The position numbers were made by a program, and so were the translations under genes. Positions 9,991 to 18,954 of a DNA stretch of 64,000 nt are shown piece after piece (position 1 is the first letter of the stretch; each line of letters begins with the position of its first letter). The notes beneath the pieces are model-generated. The model had not been told where the DNA came from. It worked only from the letters and a program-made list of their open reading frames with translations, and ran no database searches. Source of the stretch: a virus. The stretch spans positions 19,017 to 83,016 of the IMG/VR virus record IMGVR_UViG_3300032046_000015; one strand, written 5' to 3'.

Positions 9991-10518
9991 TCAATCGTGA
10001 CTGCTCCATCCGCCCAACACGCACTTGTTGGTGAGATCAGGCGCAGGGCCATCCGATTTTTGAACCTGGTTCTTGTGCTCTTCCACGATTGCCTTGAGCT
10101 CATCAAAGCCCAGCGTCTTATGGACAACGCCATCGGGCATTTGAATGGTGTGAACGTGAGCGCCACTGCGTACTGTTTCACCGTTGGGCAGAGTGATGTG
10201 CTGGTGATAACCGCCAACGCCTGGGTCAGCGCCATCCAGTGGCTGGGTCATTGCCTTGCGCCCATCCGGCATCACAATCTCATGAACGTGTGGGCCACCT
10301 GGCTGTAGCAGACCTTGGGTGTTTGGCAACACGTCCTTTTCCAAATCGTGACCGTGCGCTCCACCCTTCAGGATGGTCATCATATCGTCAAGGATATGTG
10401 TGTGCTCTCCACCGATCAGTTTGCCTTCAGGCAACTCTTCATGCCAGTGTGCTCCTGCCTCATTATAATCCATCCACATCATAGGTTGACAACCACCCTT
10501 CTCAACTGCTGTTTCCAT
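9991..10518 (-). CDS. His-rich HxH-repeat putative metal-binding protein
   Basis: Repeated GxHxH motifs (AHWH, EHTH, AHGH, PHVH, YHQH, AHVH); AAGGA RBS. Confidence 0.65.
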   Translation of the reverse strand: METAVEKGGCQPMMWMDYNEAGAHWHEELPEGKLIGGEHTHILDDMMTILKGGAHGHDLEKDVLPNTQGLLQPGGPHVHEIVMPDGRKAMTQPLDGADPGVGGYHQHITLPNGETVRSGAHVHTIQMPDGVVHKTLGFDELKAIVEEHKNQVQKSDGPAPDLTNKCVLGGWSSHD

Positions 10519-10530
10519 TTGCTGTTTCCT

Positions 10531-10734
10531 TTATGGCCAGTGATTAGCTTCATCATCGTGGACAGAACACTCCACCACGATTAGCTTGCCATTGCCGTGC
10601 TTCATCTCTTTTATCGTTTGATTGATTGTTACCACCAGCGCACGCTTTGTCTCACACACAAAGCGCTTCATACATCGTTTACAAAGTGACGCTGCCTTCA
10701 TGTGTATTCCTTTTTCATCCAATTCCCAGGCCAT
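10531..10734 (-). CDS. Small Cys-containing hypothetical protein
   Basis: CKRC..C..C; GGAGG RBS. Confidence 0.55.
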   Translation of the reverse strand: MAWELDEKGIHMKAASLCKRCMKRFVCETKRALVVTINQTIKEMKHGNGKLIVVECSVHDDEANHWP

Positions 10735-10789
10735 GTAACGTCCTCCAGGACACCGAATGGCCGTGACACCTGCTGGCAGATTGCGTGGC

Positions 10790-11392
10790 TCATGAGTCCA
10801 AGACCTTCTGCCGCTGTATTACCAATCCGGCATCCTCTGGCGTGACATCGATGATCTGTCCACCTGTTAGCTGTTCCAGTTGTTTCAATTCTGTCCTGAC
10901 ACGGATTGCTATGTCAATGTTGGTCATGCCTCTTATGTCAATACCAGCAATGATCCTGCTGGACTTATCCTTGCGAAGCACGCCCAACTCCTCTCCTCTT
11001 TTAATTATCTTGTCAATGATGTCGCTCTTGGCTCGCACAGCCCCTACAATAGCATTGGACTGATTGTTTGTCTTGTATGTCCGTATGATTTCTTCAAGGA
11101 CACTCACGCACCCACGTTGCGCCACACAGTAATCAATGAACAACTCAATGTTGCTCTTGTCTGTTGTTTCCTTTGCCTCATACTCATACATCCATCTCTT
11201 GACTTCAGTCAACGCCTTGAGATCACGCAGGTTCATCTGTTCCATGATCTCTATTTCTTTGAGACCTTGCGCCAGGAATGCGATGAATGTCGCCACCAGT
11301 ATCCTTTTTTCATGCTCTGACTTCTTGCCAAAGAATACTGGCACATTGGGATTGGTTGCCTTCTGCCGATTCACTGCTGAACTCACTGCCAT
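10790..11392 (-). CDS. Putative terminase small subunit
   Basis: N-terminal HTH-like segment, helical middle, C-terminal IIDVTP; upstream of terL. Confidence 0.55.
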   Translation of the reverse strand: MAVSSAVNRQKATNPNVPVFFGKKSEHEKRILVATFIAFLAQGLKEIEIMEQMNLRDLKALTEVKRWMYEYEAKETTDKSNIELFIDYCVAQRGCVSVLEEIIRTYKTNNQSNAIVGAVRAKSDIIDKIIKRGEELGVLRKDKSSRIIAGIDIRGMTNIDIAIRVRTELKQLEQLTGGQIIDVTPEDAGLVIQRQKVLDS

Positions 11393-11393
11393 C

Positions 11394-11708
11394 TCAAACT
11401 CCCATGAAACATATGGCCAGGAATGATATCACACAGGATGCTGACCATTTGTGGATTGGCATGTTTGGCAATTGAACCTTTAACACGTTATCAATGAAGT
11501 CATACACGCATTCCTCTATGGCAGTGCCAATTGCGCTGAGCTGTGCTGAGGGTTGGATGATCATTGGGCATTGGACTGACACAACAATTAAATCATTCAT
11601 AAAAAATGAAATGAAAAGTAATCCGTCAAATGGTCTTTGTGTACTCTGGAACAATGAACTGTCCTTGTGTATCTGTTGTGCGATCTGTGCTTGTGTGCTT
11701 GGTGTCAT
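11394..11708 (-). CDS. Hypothetical protein (start MTPSTQ at 11708)
   Basis: ATGA overlap with upstream ORF stop; ends 1 nt before putative terS start. Confidence 0.4.
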   Translation of the reverse strand: MTPSTQAQIAQQIHKDSSLFQSTQRPFDGLLFISFFMNDLIVVSVQCPMIIQPSAQLSAIGTAIEECVYDFIDNVLKVQLPNMPIHKWSASCVISFLAICFMGV

Positions 11709-13081
11709 TGCATTGCCCTGTGTAACGATTGGGGTTTGGGTGTGGGTGCAAATTGCAGTGTTGCATCTGCATTGTGCTGGCCAAGCGTGCATGGCACGCA
11801 CTGTGTAGAAAACACATGCCAGTGGGGTGTTGTGTCGGGTACACATGCGCTGAGGTGTCGTGGCGCCATGGCGCAGGATTTTTTATTGCGCACACAACCA
11901 CCAAGCACACAAGACACACTGGCGTCACTGCGCTCATCCGGTTCATCGATGGCGTCAATGGTTCCAGATGCTAGCAGACCTTGCATATGGTCTGTAGCAC
12001 TTGCATCTCTGAAAGCCTTCTGTCCCCATATGTTAAAAGGTATTGACATGTGTAAGCAGAACGTCCTTGGCCTGTCCATCCCTGTACTGGTCTGTACGCT
12101 ATCCCCAGGTGTTAACTCCTCTGAACAGGTGGCATGGGTTCTGGTGCCAGGTGTTAACTCCTCTATGGATGTGTATGTAGAACGTCCTTGGTCTGTAGCC
12201 TTGTCCCCTGAAATAATTTTTTTCATCATGGTGTTTTTATTTATTGGCTCAGGCTGACATGTGTAAGCAGAACGTCCTTGGCCTTGCCGCCCAGGTGTTA
12301 ACTCCTCTGTACAGATGAGCATTGGATCATTGGCCTTCACCCGATGATTGACACCCTCATTCCTGTAGCCATCTGGCGCACCTGAAAGCCTTATGGAATT
12401 GTCCATGTTCAAAATGTGGCCGTTTGATTTTGAATGGAATGTGTAAGCAACACACGCAGTACACGCAATTGTGTGTACTACATTTTTCTTATCGTGGTGC
12501 TTCTGTGCGTCATCTCCTCCATGCTTCATGTTGCGTGGGCGTGTGTATGTTACAGGATGGGGTTGTGGCTTTGGAATTACACATTGAGTGCATGTTGAGA
12601 ATGCAGTGCTTGTTGGTATTACACACTGTGCTTCTGTGCATAATGCGCACATAATGCGCTGTGTGTAATTTGTGTTGACCACCTGGTGGACACATAGACA
12701 CATGGCACATATGTGTGGTGCTAGACAACTCAAGCACTTTGACTCAAGCACAGCAAGCACAGCAAGCACAGCAATCACACAATCAGCGCCAGCGTGCTTC
12801 TCTACCATGACAGGGACAAATTCAACTTCATTGTGTTCGGATACATCGCAACCAACAGACATCAGAACAAAGGCAGAGGATTGAGCAAGGACAAAAGAAT
12901 TGCACAAGTCATCAACCAAACAACAGTGCGACCGCTCACTGTGTATATGTTTGGCGATGTTGTTAGCTTGGGATATGGGCTTGGGCGATTGGTAGGAACA
13001 GAAGATGTGGTTGTTCTCTCCTGTATGATTGGGATAGGATAAGAATGAGGATTGATCTTTGTTTCTGTTTACTGAGCTCAT
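11705..13081 (-). CDS. Atypical 458-codon Cys/His-rich ORF spanning a repeat region; coding status uncertain
   Basis: Long open frame, AAAGGT before ATG, ATGA coupling to next ORF, but composition unlike other genes. Confidence 0.3.
   Translation of the reverse strand: MSSVNRNKDQSSFLSYPNHTGENNHIFCSYQSPKPISQANNIAKHIHSERSHCCLVDDLCNSFVLAQSSAFVLMSVGCDVSEHNEVEFVPVMVEKHAGADCVIAVLAVLAVLESKCLSCLAPHICAMCLCVHQVVNTNYTQRIMCALCTEAQCVIPTSTAFSTCTQCVIPKPQPHPVTYTRPRNMKHGGDDAQKHHDKKNVVHTIACTACVAYTFHSKSNGHILNMDNSIRLSGAPDGYRNEGVNHRVKANDPMLICTEELTPGRQGQGRSAYTCQPEPINKNTMMKKIISGDKATDQGRSTYTSIEELTPGTRTHATCSEELTPGDSVQTSTGMDRPRTFCLHMSIPFNIWGQKAFRDASATDHMQGLLASGTIDAIDEPDERSDASVSCVLGGCVRNKKSCAMAPRHLSACVPDTTPHWHVFSTQCVPCTLGQHNADATLQFAPTPKPQSLHRAMQ
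12044..12308. repeat. Interleaved direct repeats
   Basis: TGACATGTGTAAGCAGAACGTCCTTGGCCT at 12044-12073 and 12255-12284 (degenerate copy ~12169-12194); CCAGGTGTTAACTCCTCT at 12105, 12147, 12291. Confidence 0.9.
12745..12771. repeat. Tandem 9-mer CAAGCACAG x3
   Basis: Read directly. Confidence 0.85.
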
Positions 13082-13592
13082 TACCTTTACACTGTTGTTA
13101 ATCCTTTGTGTGCTGCCTTCTCAAAGATGCAATTGGTGCTTTGGTATGTCTATGAAGATACTATACAGGAATCAATTGCGCTATACTTTATTTGGCTATT
13201 ATGGTGGCTGGTTGAATGTGATTGTGTTGTGTTAGGAATTGTTCTGTTGTTGGTTGTGCTTACTGTAGGCAAAAATCTTTTGATGGGTACTACAATTGAT
13301 GGATGTGTACGATTATGTCAAGATGTAAGTGCGTGTGTAGGCAGACAAGCAACGTGCGGCTTGATCTGAAGTTGAAAGGATGGCAAGACTTCAAATTGGC
13401 CGCACGTGCTTCACGAGTATAGAATGACAACAAGGAGCAGGGAACATCGGTGTAACAGACTCAACACTAATGGAACCATGGCTGAAAATGTTCTTGGCTG
13501 TCTGTGACCTTGTGGAATCTGTTTCATGTCAGCTCAACCTGCTCCTTGTCTTATTATATGTGTTGTTCTCTCTTTGGGTGGCCTTCCACGGT

Positions 13593-13829
13593 TCAGATGG
13601 CTTGCTCTTGATATGATTTTGTTTTCTTATCAAAGAACATCTTGGACACTATGATCCCTTTGTCTTCAAGATAGATTGTGGCGCCTGTCCTCATAGCTTC
13701 CACTGCCTGTTCCAACTCAACACCGTCTCCAACTAGACATCTGCCGTATTCATCACGATCAAGCAATATTCCTTTTGAGTGTAGGATCAATTTGTTTCTA
13801 TTGACTACTATCCTTGCTTTGTTACCCAT
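13593..13829 (-). CDS. Hypothetical protein
   Basis: 78 aa, GGAGA RBS. Confidence 0.6.
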   Translation of the reverse strand: MGNKARIVVNRNKLILHSKGILLDRDEYGRCLVGDGVELEQAVEAMRTGATIYLEDKGIIVSKMFFDKKTKSYQEQAI

Positions 13830-13920
13830 GTGTTATCTCCAAGTGCAAATGAACTTGAAAAATATAGCGTTGATCAATTGGTGTTGATCAACGCTATCAA
13901 TCAATATGTTGCCGATTGAT

Positions 13921-14193
13921 TCAGTTCAAGTCTGCCAGGAAGCTGGCGACTGCCAGTGTCTTACCCAGCTGTTCAATCGTTGGTTTAATGTCTGGTGGAG
14001 TGGATGGCTGGCACGCTGCTAACTGGCCGATGTCTTCAATGACTGCGCCAAACTCCTGTTGGCACTTATCATGAAACTCCAGTTTGCGTCTGATCGCTTT
14101 TGCCTCAGCATGAAAGCCTTCTGCGTCTGCCTTTGCTGCCAGCTTTTCCAAATCCTCTTTGAGCTTGATCAATAAATCCCATCCGTTGCCCAT
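13921..14193 (-). CDS. Hypothetical protein
   Basis: 90 aa, GAGGTGA RBS. Confidence 0.6.
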   Translation of the reverse strand: MGNGWDLLIKLKEDLEKLAAKADAEGFHAEAKAIRRKLEFHDKCQQEFGAVIEDIGQLAACQPSTPPDIKPTIEQLGKTLAVASFLADLN

Positions 14194-14263
14194 TCTTCTT
14201 CACCTCACTTTCATTGTGTATTTGTTTGTACAGTTGAACATGCTGTACTAACATTGTGTGTTA

Positions 14264-14957
14264 TCAATACCTTTTGAACTTGAGACTTGGATTGAAGTGT
14301 TCGTGTACACATCCTTGATCGCAACAACCTTCTGTACACAGTGGAACATCCTCATCCTTGCCTTTAATCCCAAGCATTTCTTTGGCTATGGCCTTGATCT
14401 CATCGATGGTAAAGATGGTGAAGTGTTGCATCCCTGCTTCCTGTATTGCCATGTCGCCACCCTCTCCACGGTCAACTACAGATAGAACAGCGACAGGCTT
14501 GTTGCCTTCTGCGTGCTTCTTCAGTGCGTCTGCTGCTCGCAGGACAGATGAAGCTGTAGTTATCACATCTTCTACCAACACCACATTATCCTTGGGATAG
14601 ACTGTACCTTCAATCAACTTGCCTGTGCCATGTTCCTTCTGTTGTTTCCGCACAATGAACCCACGCAAAGGATAACTGTAATGCCCAGCCAATTGTAGCA
14701 GAGCACCGATGATTGGATCAGCACCCAGTGTCAATCCGCCCACAGCTTCAACATGAAGTTGTCCTATCAACGGCATCATCATGAGTGCTATACAATGTGC
14801 CCCTTCTGATCGCAACGTGACCAAGCGCAAGTCAATGTAGTAATCGGATTCACGACCTGACGACAGAGTGAAACTTGCCTTCTCTGTAGGAATGGGCAAC
14901 AATCAACTTGCCCAATTGCTGCTTGGCAAAGTTGTTATGGTTGATTTTGTTTGCCAT
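14264..14957 (-). pseudogene. pyrE: Orotate phosphoribosyltransferase with a +1 frameshift near 14870
   Basis: FTLSSGRESDYYIDLR, RKQQKEHGTGKLIEG, VEDVITT motifs; ATG at 14957 with RBS gives MANK..LGKLIVAHSYREGK-F in another frame, joined at AAG TTT C ACT. Confidence 0.8.
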
Positions 14958-14958
14958 G

Positions 14959-15168
14959 TTATTCCTTCTTATCTTCAAAAGCCATATCAACTTCAAGCAA
15001 CGATTGTATGGCAGTTAAGCACAATGCTGATGCCTCTTTTGTGGAATGTATTGCCCTCAAGAATAATTTAGCACACCATTCACGTATATCTTCTTGAGTA
15101 AAGTTGCCTATAGAGTGTGTAGCGTTTTTGGCTTCACCTGCTGCTATCTTTTCTACTTCATCCATCAC
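14959..15168 (-). CDS. Hypothetical protein
   Basis: 69 aa, GAGGAG RBS. Confidence 0.5.
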   Translation of the reverse strand: MMDEVEKIAAGEAKNATHSIGNFTQEDIREWCAKLFLRAIHSTKEASALCLTAIQSLLEVDMAFEDKKE

Positions 15169-15177
15169 CCTCTCCTC

Positions 15178-15528
15178 TTATGCGAGTGGATCTGCCATCC
15201 CACGGCTCATGTTTTCACGCTCCACAATCAACGTGTGTAATATCAACAGATAGTTGACTGCGTCAGCTATGCGTGATTTGATTGGTTCAGACTTGACTGC
15301 TCTGTCGTTGAGCCATGTTTCTATGGCATCCATGTGCTTGCCAAAATAGATAGCCCAGACATCAATCTCATCAATGCCTCTCTTGTGTAATCGCTTGGCA
15401 CCTGTTTTGAAGTTGGAGTTGGCATCATTGCTTCCCTGTGTATAGTCATGCCCCTTTGTATCCAGCAACGGCAAACACTCCTCTTCAAAAAATTTCTTGA
15501 TCAACTCAATCCTTTTATTTGGTTCCAT
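15178..15528 (-). CDS. All-alpha nucleotide-modification-associated protein (DUF1599-like)
   Basis: KGHDYT..DANSNF..KH.DAI..EPIKSRIADAVNYLLIL pattern. Confidence 0.6.
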   Translation of the reverse strand: MEPNKRIELIKKFFEEECLPLLDTKGHDYTQGSNDANSNFKTGAKRLHKRGIDEIDVWAIYFGKHMDAIETWLNDRAVKSEPIKSRIADAVNYLLILHTLIVERENMSRGMADPLA

Positions 15529-16394
15529 CGTTGGGCCACTCCTCTCAATTGCTCTTTGCCTTTGTTTTCCAAGTCACGCACCTTTGTCCATATCTTTGTG
15601 TTGATCTGCGCTGTTATCTCTCTCTCAACTAGATCAACCAAGACATGTGGATCAAGTGCGTCCAACTCCCATGACTCTGTTCCAAACTGTTTAACGTATG
15701 TTTCAAACCTTGAATCGCTTGTTTTGGCAGGATTGGGTGGTGGACTGTATTGTAGTATCTGATCCCATGATAGTGCCAGCCTTCTGACTTCCACGTCAGC
15801 CCCAAACAAAGCAAATCTATCAGTGATGTCTCTGGTCATGTCCAAACCGGATGGATCATGGTCACCCAAGTAAAGCAATATCCCATATTTGCCTTCAAGT
15901 GTAGTTGCCATGAATCGTTGTGCTGCCTGCCACATCTCTGATTGCGATACATAACCACGACAAGAAAAGTATGGGACATCGTATTGGTTGCAAATTCCTT
16001 CTATCACTCCAATCAAGGCATCCTTCTCAATCCACACTTCCATGTGTACCATCTGTGTCTTCCACTTGTCCATTCTGAACTGTTCAGCGCACACATTAAC
16101 TATGTCTTGTGGACTATCCCAATGAGATAGACTGCGGACAAATCTGCTTCTATCCTCAATGGCCAACCAGTCAATCTCTCCAGCTAGTCTGGCATCATTG
16201 ATCACTCCACCCAGTCTGTTGTAATATATCTGTCTGTTTGGTATTAGACCACGTGCTACAAATTGATAATACAATTGTCTCAAAGTCAGAGTGAAGCCAG
16301 ACTTGCTGTACTCATCGATGATATCATTGGCTGTTCTGATTATCGCAAGATTGTCTTTTGAGAAATTTCTTTCAATGTATTTTAGTCTGGGCAC
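15501..16394 (-). CDS. wHTH + TOPRIM protein (Topo VI-A/DUF2399-like)
   Basis: TLRQLYYQ, VWIEKDAL, CRGYVS, YLGDHDPSG, WELDAL. Confidence 0.75.
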   Translation of the reverse strand: MPRLKYIERNFSKDNLAIIRTANDIIDEYSKSGFTLTLRQLYYQFVARGLIPNRQIYYNRLGGVINDARLAGEIDWLAIEDRSRFVRSLSHWDSPQDIVNVCAEQFRMDKWKTQMVHMEVWIEKDALIGVIEGICNQYDVPYFSCRGYVSQSEMWQAAQRFMATTLEGKYGILLYLGDHDPSGLDMTRDITDRFALFGADVEVRRLALSWDQILQYSPPPNPAKTSDSRFETYVKQFGTESWELDALDPHVLVDLVEREITAQINTKIWTKVRDLENKGKEQLRGVAQRWNQIKGLS

Positions 16395-16800
16395 CCTCTC
16401 TCCTCTCTTTCAGAAGCAATTGAAGTGCTTCGCAATTCTGTCTCAAGGCAGCATTCTCTTGTATGATATCAGCACTTGAGCACGCTGTCTCCAAGTCATG
16501 GATGTAGCTTCTGACTGGCTGTGGTAGGTTGTTGATGTTCTCTGCTGTTGGCCGCCACCACGTCCAATCACCCATACTATTCTTGCCCCAATACACCCAA
16601 CCATATATGGCTGTAAGTATAAAGTAACAAAACAATGCCCCTTGCCAATAGTGTGTATAGTATATGTCAAAGATGATCCACAAGATGTTAGCCAACAAGT
16701 ATAACACAAAGCCTTGTCGCTTTTGGATTGATACCAAGTATGCTCCCACCACTGCCAATAGCGTTGCTGATAGCTCAATCATCCACATATCAATCACCAT
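16372..16800 (-). CDS. PnuC-like small membrane protein with soluble C-terminal extension
   Basis: Three hydrophobic segments, ANILWI, AIYGWVYW. Confidence 0.55.
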   Translation of the reverse strand: MVIDMWMIELSATLLAVVGAYLVSIQKRQGFVLYLLANILWIIFDIYYTHYWQGALFCYFILTAIYGWVYWGKNSMGDWTWWRPTAENINNLPQPVRSYIHDLETACSSADIIQENAALRQNCEALQLLLKERREGAQTKIH

Positions 16801-17152
16801 CGTCTGCTATGTGACAGTGGAATTTGTCCCGATAATCCAACTCAGCTTCTGCTGCCTCAATCAACTCCTCATCTTTATCGCCATCCAACTCCTCCACCAT
16901 CCAACGCAGATAGCCAGATGGAATCTCTTCAATGGTTTTGTTCTTGTGTTTGCCGAATGGCATCACCAATTCTGGATTGGCCATATTGCCCACCTTTCCA
17001 ACAGCATAACTGGTTAACACTTCACCATGTTCTATCCGTTGGGTGAACATGATGAACACATTCTTAGGTATTGCCGTTGTTGTGATTAACTTGAACATAT
17101 CTTTTTGGCCATTAAATCGCATCCAGGCCAAAATTCTAATCTGTGATACCAT
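16790..17152 (-). CDS. DUF3820-like protein (true start probably at MANPEL, ~16984)
   Basis: MPFGKHKNKTIEEIPSGYLRW motif. Confidence 0.7.
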   Translation of the reverse strand: MVSQIRILAWMRFNGQKDMFKLITTTAIPKNVFIMFTQRIEHGEVLTSYAVGKVGNMANPELVMPFGKHKNKTIEEIPSGYLRWMVEELDGDKDEELIEAAEAELDYRDKFHCHIADDGD

Positions 17153-17322
17153 GGCATTTGAAATTTACCACGCATATACTTTATCAATTCCGTTGCGTAA
17201 TCATTTACACCATACTCATATCCATCAAAAATAAAAACACGCATTCCAGCAGATTCTGCTTGCTTGAATACTGTTTCAAATTCATCCAATCTATCTCTAG
17301 TGAATGTAACAACTTCATACAT
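17086..17322 (-). CDS. Hypothetical protein immediately downstream of tRNA
   Basis: MYEVVTFTRD..FIFDGYEY..YATELIKY; the longer ORF call runs through the tRNA. Confidence 0.5.
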   Translation of the reverse strand: MYEVVTFTRDRLDEFETVFKQAESAGMRVFIFDGYEYGVNDYATELIKYMRGKFQMPWYHRLEFWPGCDLMAKKICSS

Positions 17323-17324
17323 AA

Positions 17325-17398
17325 TCAGGGTGAGTGGATTTGAACCACCGACCACTTGCGCCCAAGGCAAGTGCGCTACCAGGCTGCGCCACACCCTG
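17325..17398 (-). tRNA. tRNA-Pro(UGG), CCA not encoded
   Basis: CAGGGTG/CACCCTG acceptor stem, GCGC D-stem, CTTGC-CTTGGGC-GCAAG anticodon arm, GGTTCAAATCC T-loop. Confidence 0.93.
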
Positions 17399-17404
17399 AC
17401 ACAC

Positions 17405-17902
17405 TCATATGCCTGTTAGCAACTCCAACATCTTCTTGTCATCTATCCTCTTTGTGTGTAATTCTCTGGCTAGACAACCATTGCTCTTACAAGCATACTT
17501 ACTGGACACAATCTCCAGCTTGACTCTGACTCCACCCGCTTTGTGTTGAGTGATTGACCATAAGCTGTATGGCATCATGTCAATACACCTGCTTTTGGCT
17601 TGCGGCCCACGATCAAAGATAATGACAACAGTGCTTTGGCCATACTTGGGATGTTTAGGATTATTGTTGGTCACTCTGACGATGGTACCAAATGGCAGAG
17701 TCTTGTGCGCTGCTGTTGGATCGTGGCAGTTGACTACTATCCCACTTGCTCCTACACGGCCATTCCAACCGCAACCATAATGTGTCGCTATCCCACTCAT
17801 TTGGTGTTGGACAAGCTTTGACATGAATAACAACAGTAATATGGTTTCCATCAATACACTCCTGTTCTGGTACAGTTGTGGAAATGGTCTGTCTTCACCC
17901 AC
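17405..17902 (-). CDS. RlpA-like lytic transglycosylase (DPBB); likely start ~17852
   Basis: TAAHKTLPFGTIVRVTN and IFDRGP..CIDM. Confidence 0.85.
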   Translation of the reverse strand: MGEDRPFPQLYQNRSVLMETILLLLFMSKLVQHQMSGIATHYGCGWNGRVGASGIVVNCHDPTAAHKTLPFGTIVRVTNNNPKHPKYGQSTVVIIFDRGPQAKSRCIDMMPYSLWSITQHKAGGVRVKLEIVSSKYACKSNGCLARELHTKRIDDKKMLELLTGI

Positions 17903-18078
17903 TTGCGTCCAAGATATAATTCAAACTTACACAGTGCCATATCCTTCTTGACTGATATGATCCTGCCATAACTCCATTTAATGTGGTGGATTCTATCACC
18001 TGGAAAATTATCGCAAGGAATGAATGCCCTCAACAGAGTGTGTAGCTGTCTGAATAATCTGCGTAACATCCTTTTCAT
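17851..18078 (-). CDS. Hypothetical protein (SH3-like)
   Basis: FPGDRIHHIKWSYGRI pattern; coupled to neighbours. Confidence 0.45.
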   Translation of the reverse strand: MKRMLRRLFRQLHTLLRAFIPCDNFPGDRIHHIKWSYGRIISVKKDMALCKFELYLGRKWVKTDHFHNCTRTGVY

Positions 18079-18440
18079 GCTTGTTCTGGCTCCACGCCTT
18101 CCATTGATATCATTTCCATAGGCTGCTTGTCTGCTATGGTTGTTACTCCATCTTGCTGTGTAATAGTCAATCGCTTCAACAGTTCATGGCCTGTGAACAA
18201 ATAGATGGCTTCCATATCGGACATACCAAAATCCTTGATGGCGTTGATAACATCGATGGCGTTGGCTGTACTCTCCTCTGTATTGAAAATACTCATCAAA
18301 CCATCGGATGCTATTGGGCAAAAATTATCCTCTTTTAATGATGTGGCCAAACGTTGAACCAAAATCATGAACTGGCTCTTTTCCATCGCTTTAAGGAATA
18401 CACTTTCACCTTTGACCTTTTCATCTTCCATATTAGCCAC
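18075..18440 (-). CDS. Hypothetical protein
   Basis: 121-aa ORF in operon. Confidence 0.55.
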   Translation of the reverse strand: MANMEDEKVKGESVFLKAMEKSQFMILVQRLATSLKEDNFCPIASDGLMSIFNTEESTANAIDVINAIKDFGMSDMEAIYLFTGHELLKRLTITQQDGVTTIADKQPMEMISMEGVEPEQA

Positions 18441-18924
18441 CCACCCTCTGGCGTTGTATTCCTGTGGTGGATAATCGGTCAGGTGGAATTACTTGCGGTG
18501 CTTCTGCTGGCATAGCTGTGGCAGATGGCCTTGTAGCAAGATGTACAGCTACCACAATATTGTGTAGCCTTAATTTGTCATGTAATATGGATACAGGCAA
18601 TGTGTCGTTGACGATGTGAAGCAATTTTCCATCTAGGATCAGCGCCACCTTCCCACGGTGATCCATTCCTATCTTATGGAATAAATCACCTTCCAGCGTT
18701 GCCATAAGTTGCTTGGCTATCTTTGCCTTGATGCCAGCCTTTGTGGTTAAGGCCAAGGCAACTCTGGCTTGACCCAGATGTGATAATCGGAGTTTGTCTG
18801 TATGAATATCGCAATCAATCAACAAGCCATCTGTGATTAGCTTGTACAACTGTGCTTCTGTTATTCCGCACTCACCGCAAAATGCTGTTTTGGTATATTT
18901 GCGTCCCATGTGTAACCTCAACAA
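18433..18924 (-). CDS. Hypothetical protein, possible N-terminal HTH
   Basis: CGITEAQLYKLITDGLL MerR-like segment. Confidence 0.5.
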   Translation of the reverse strand: MLRLHMGRKYTKTAFCGECGITEAQLYKLITDGLLIDCDIHTDKLRLSHLGQARVALALTTKAGIKAKIAKQLMATLEGDLFHKIGMDHRGKVALILDGKLLHIVNDTLPVSILHDKLRLHNIVVAVHLATRPSATAMPAEAPQVIPPDRLSTTGIQRQRVGG

Positions 18925-18954
18925 GAAGGCATGTGCCCTTGATCCATGGGCACC

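Noticed and set aside
9806-10235. ORFs 9806..10024 and 9903..10235
   Set aside because: Overlap the His-rich gene, with no clear RBS or motifs; not supportable
13515-13535. CUGACAUGAAAC as a seventh hammerhead
   Set aside because: No GA after CUGAN, no room for stem II, and flanking stems not found
17323-17394. N-terminal extension of ORF 17086..17394
   Set aside because: It is the tRNA-Pro sequence read as codons
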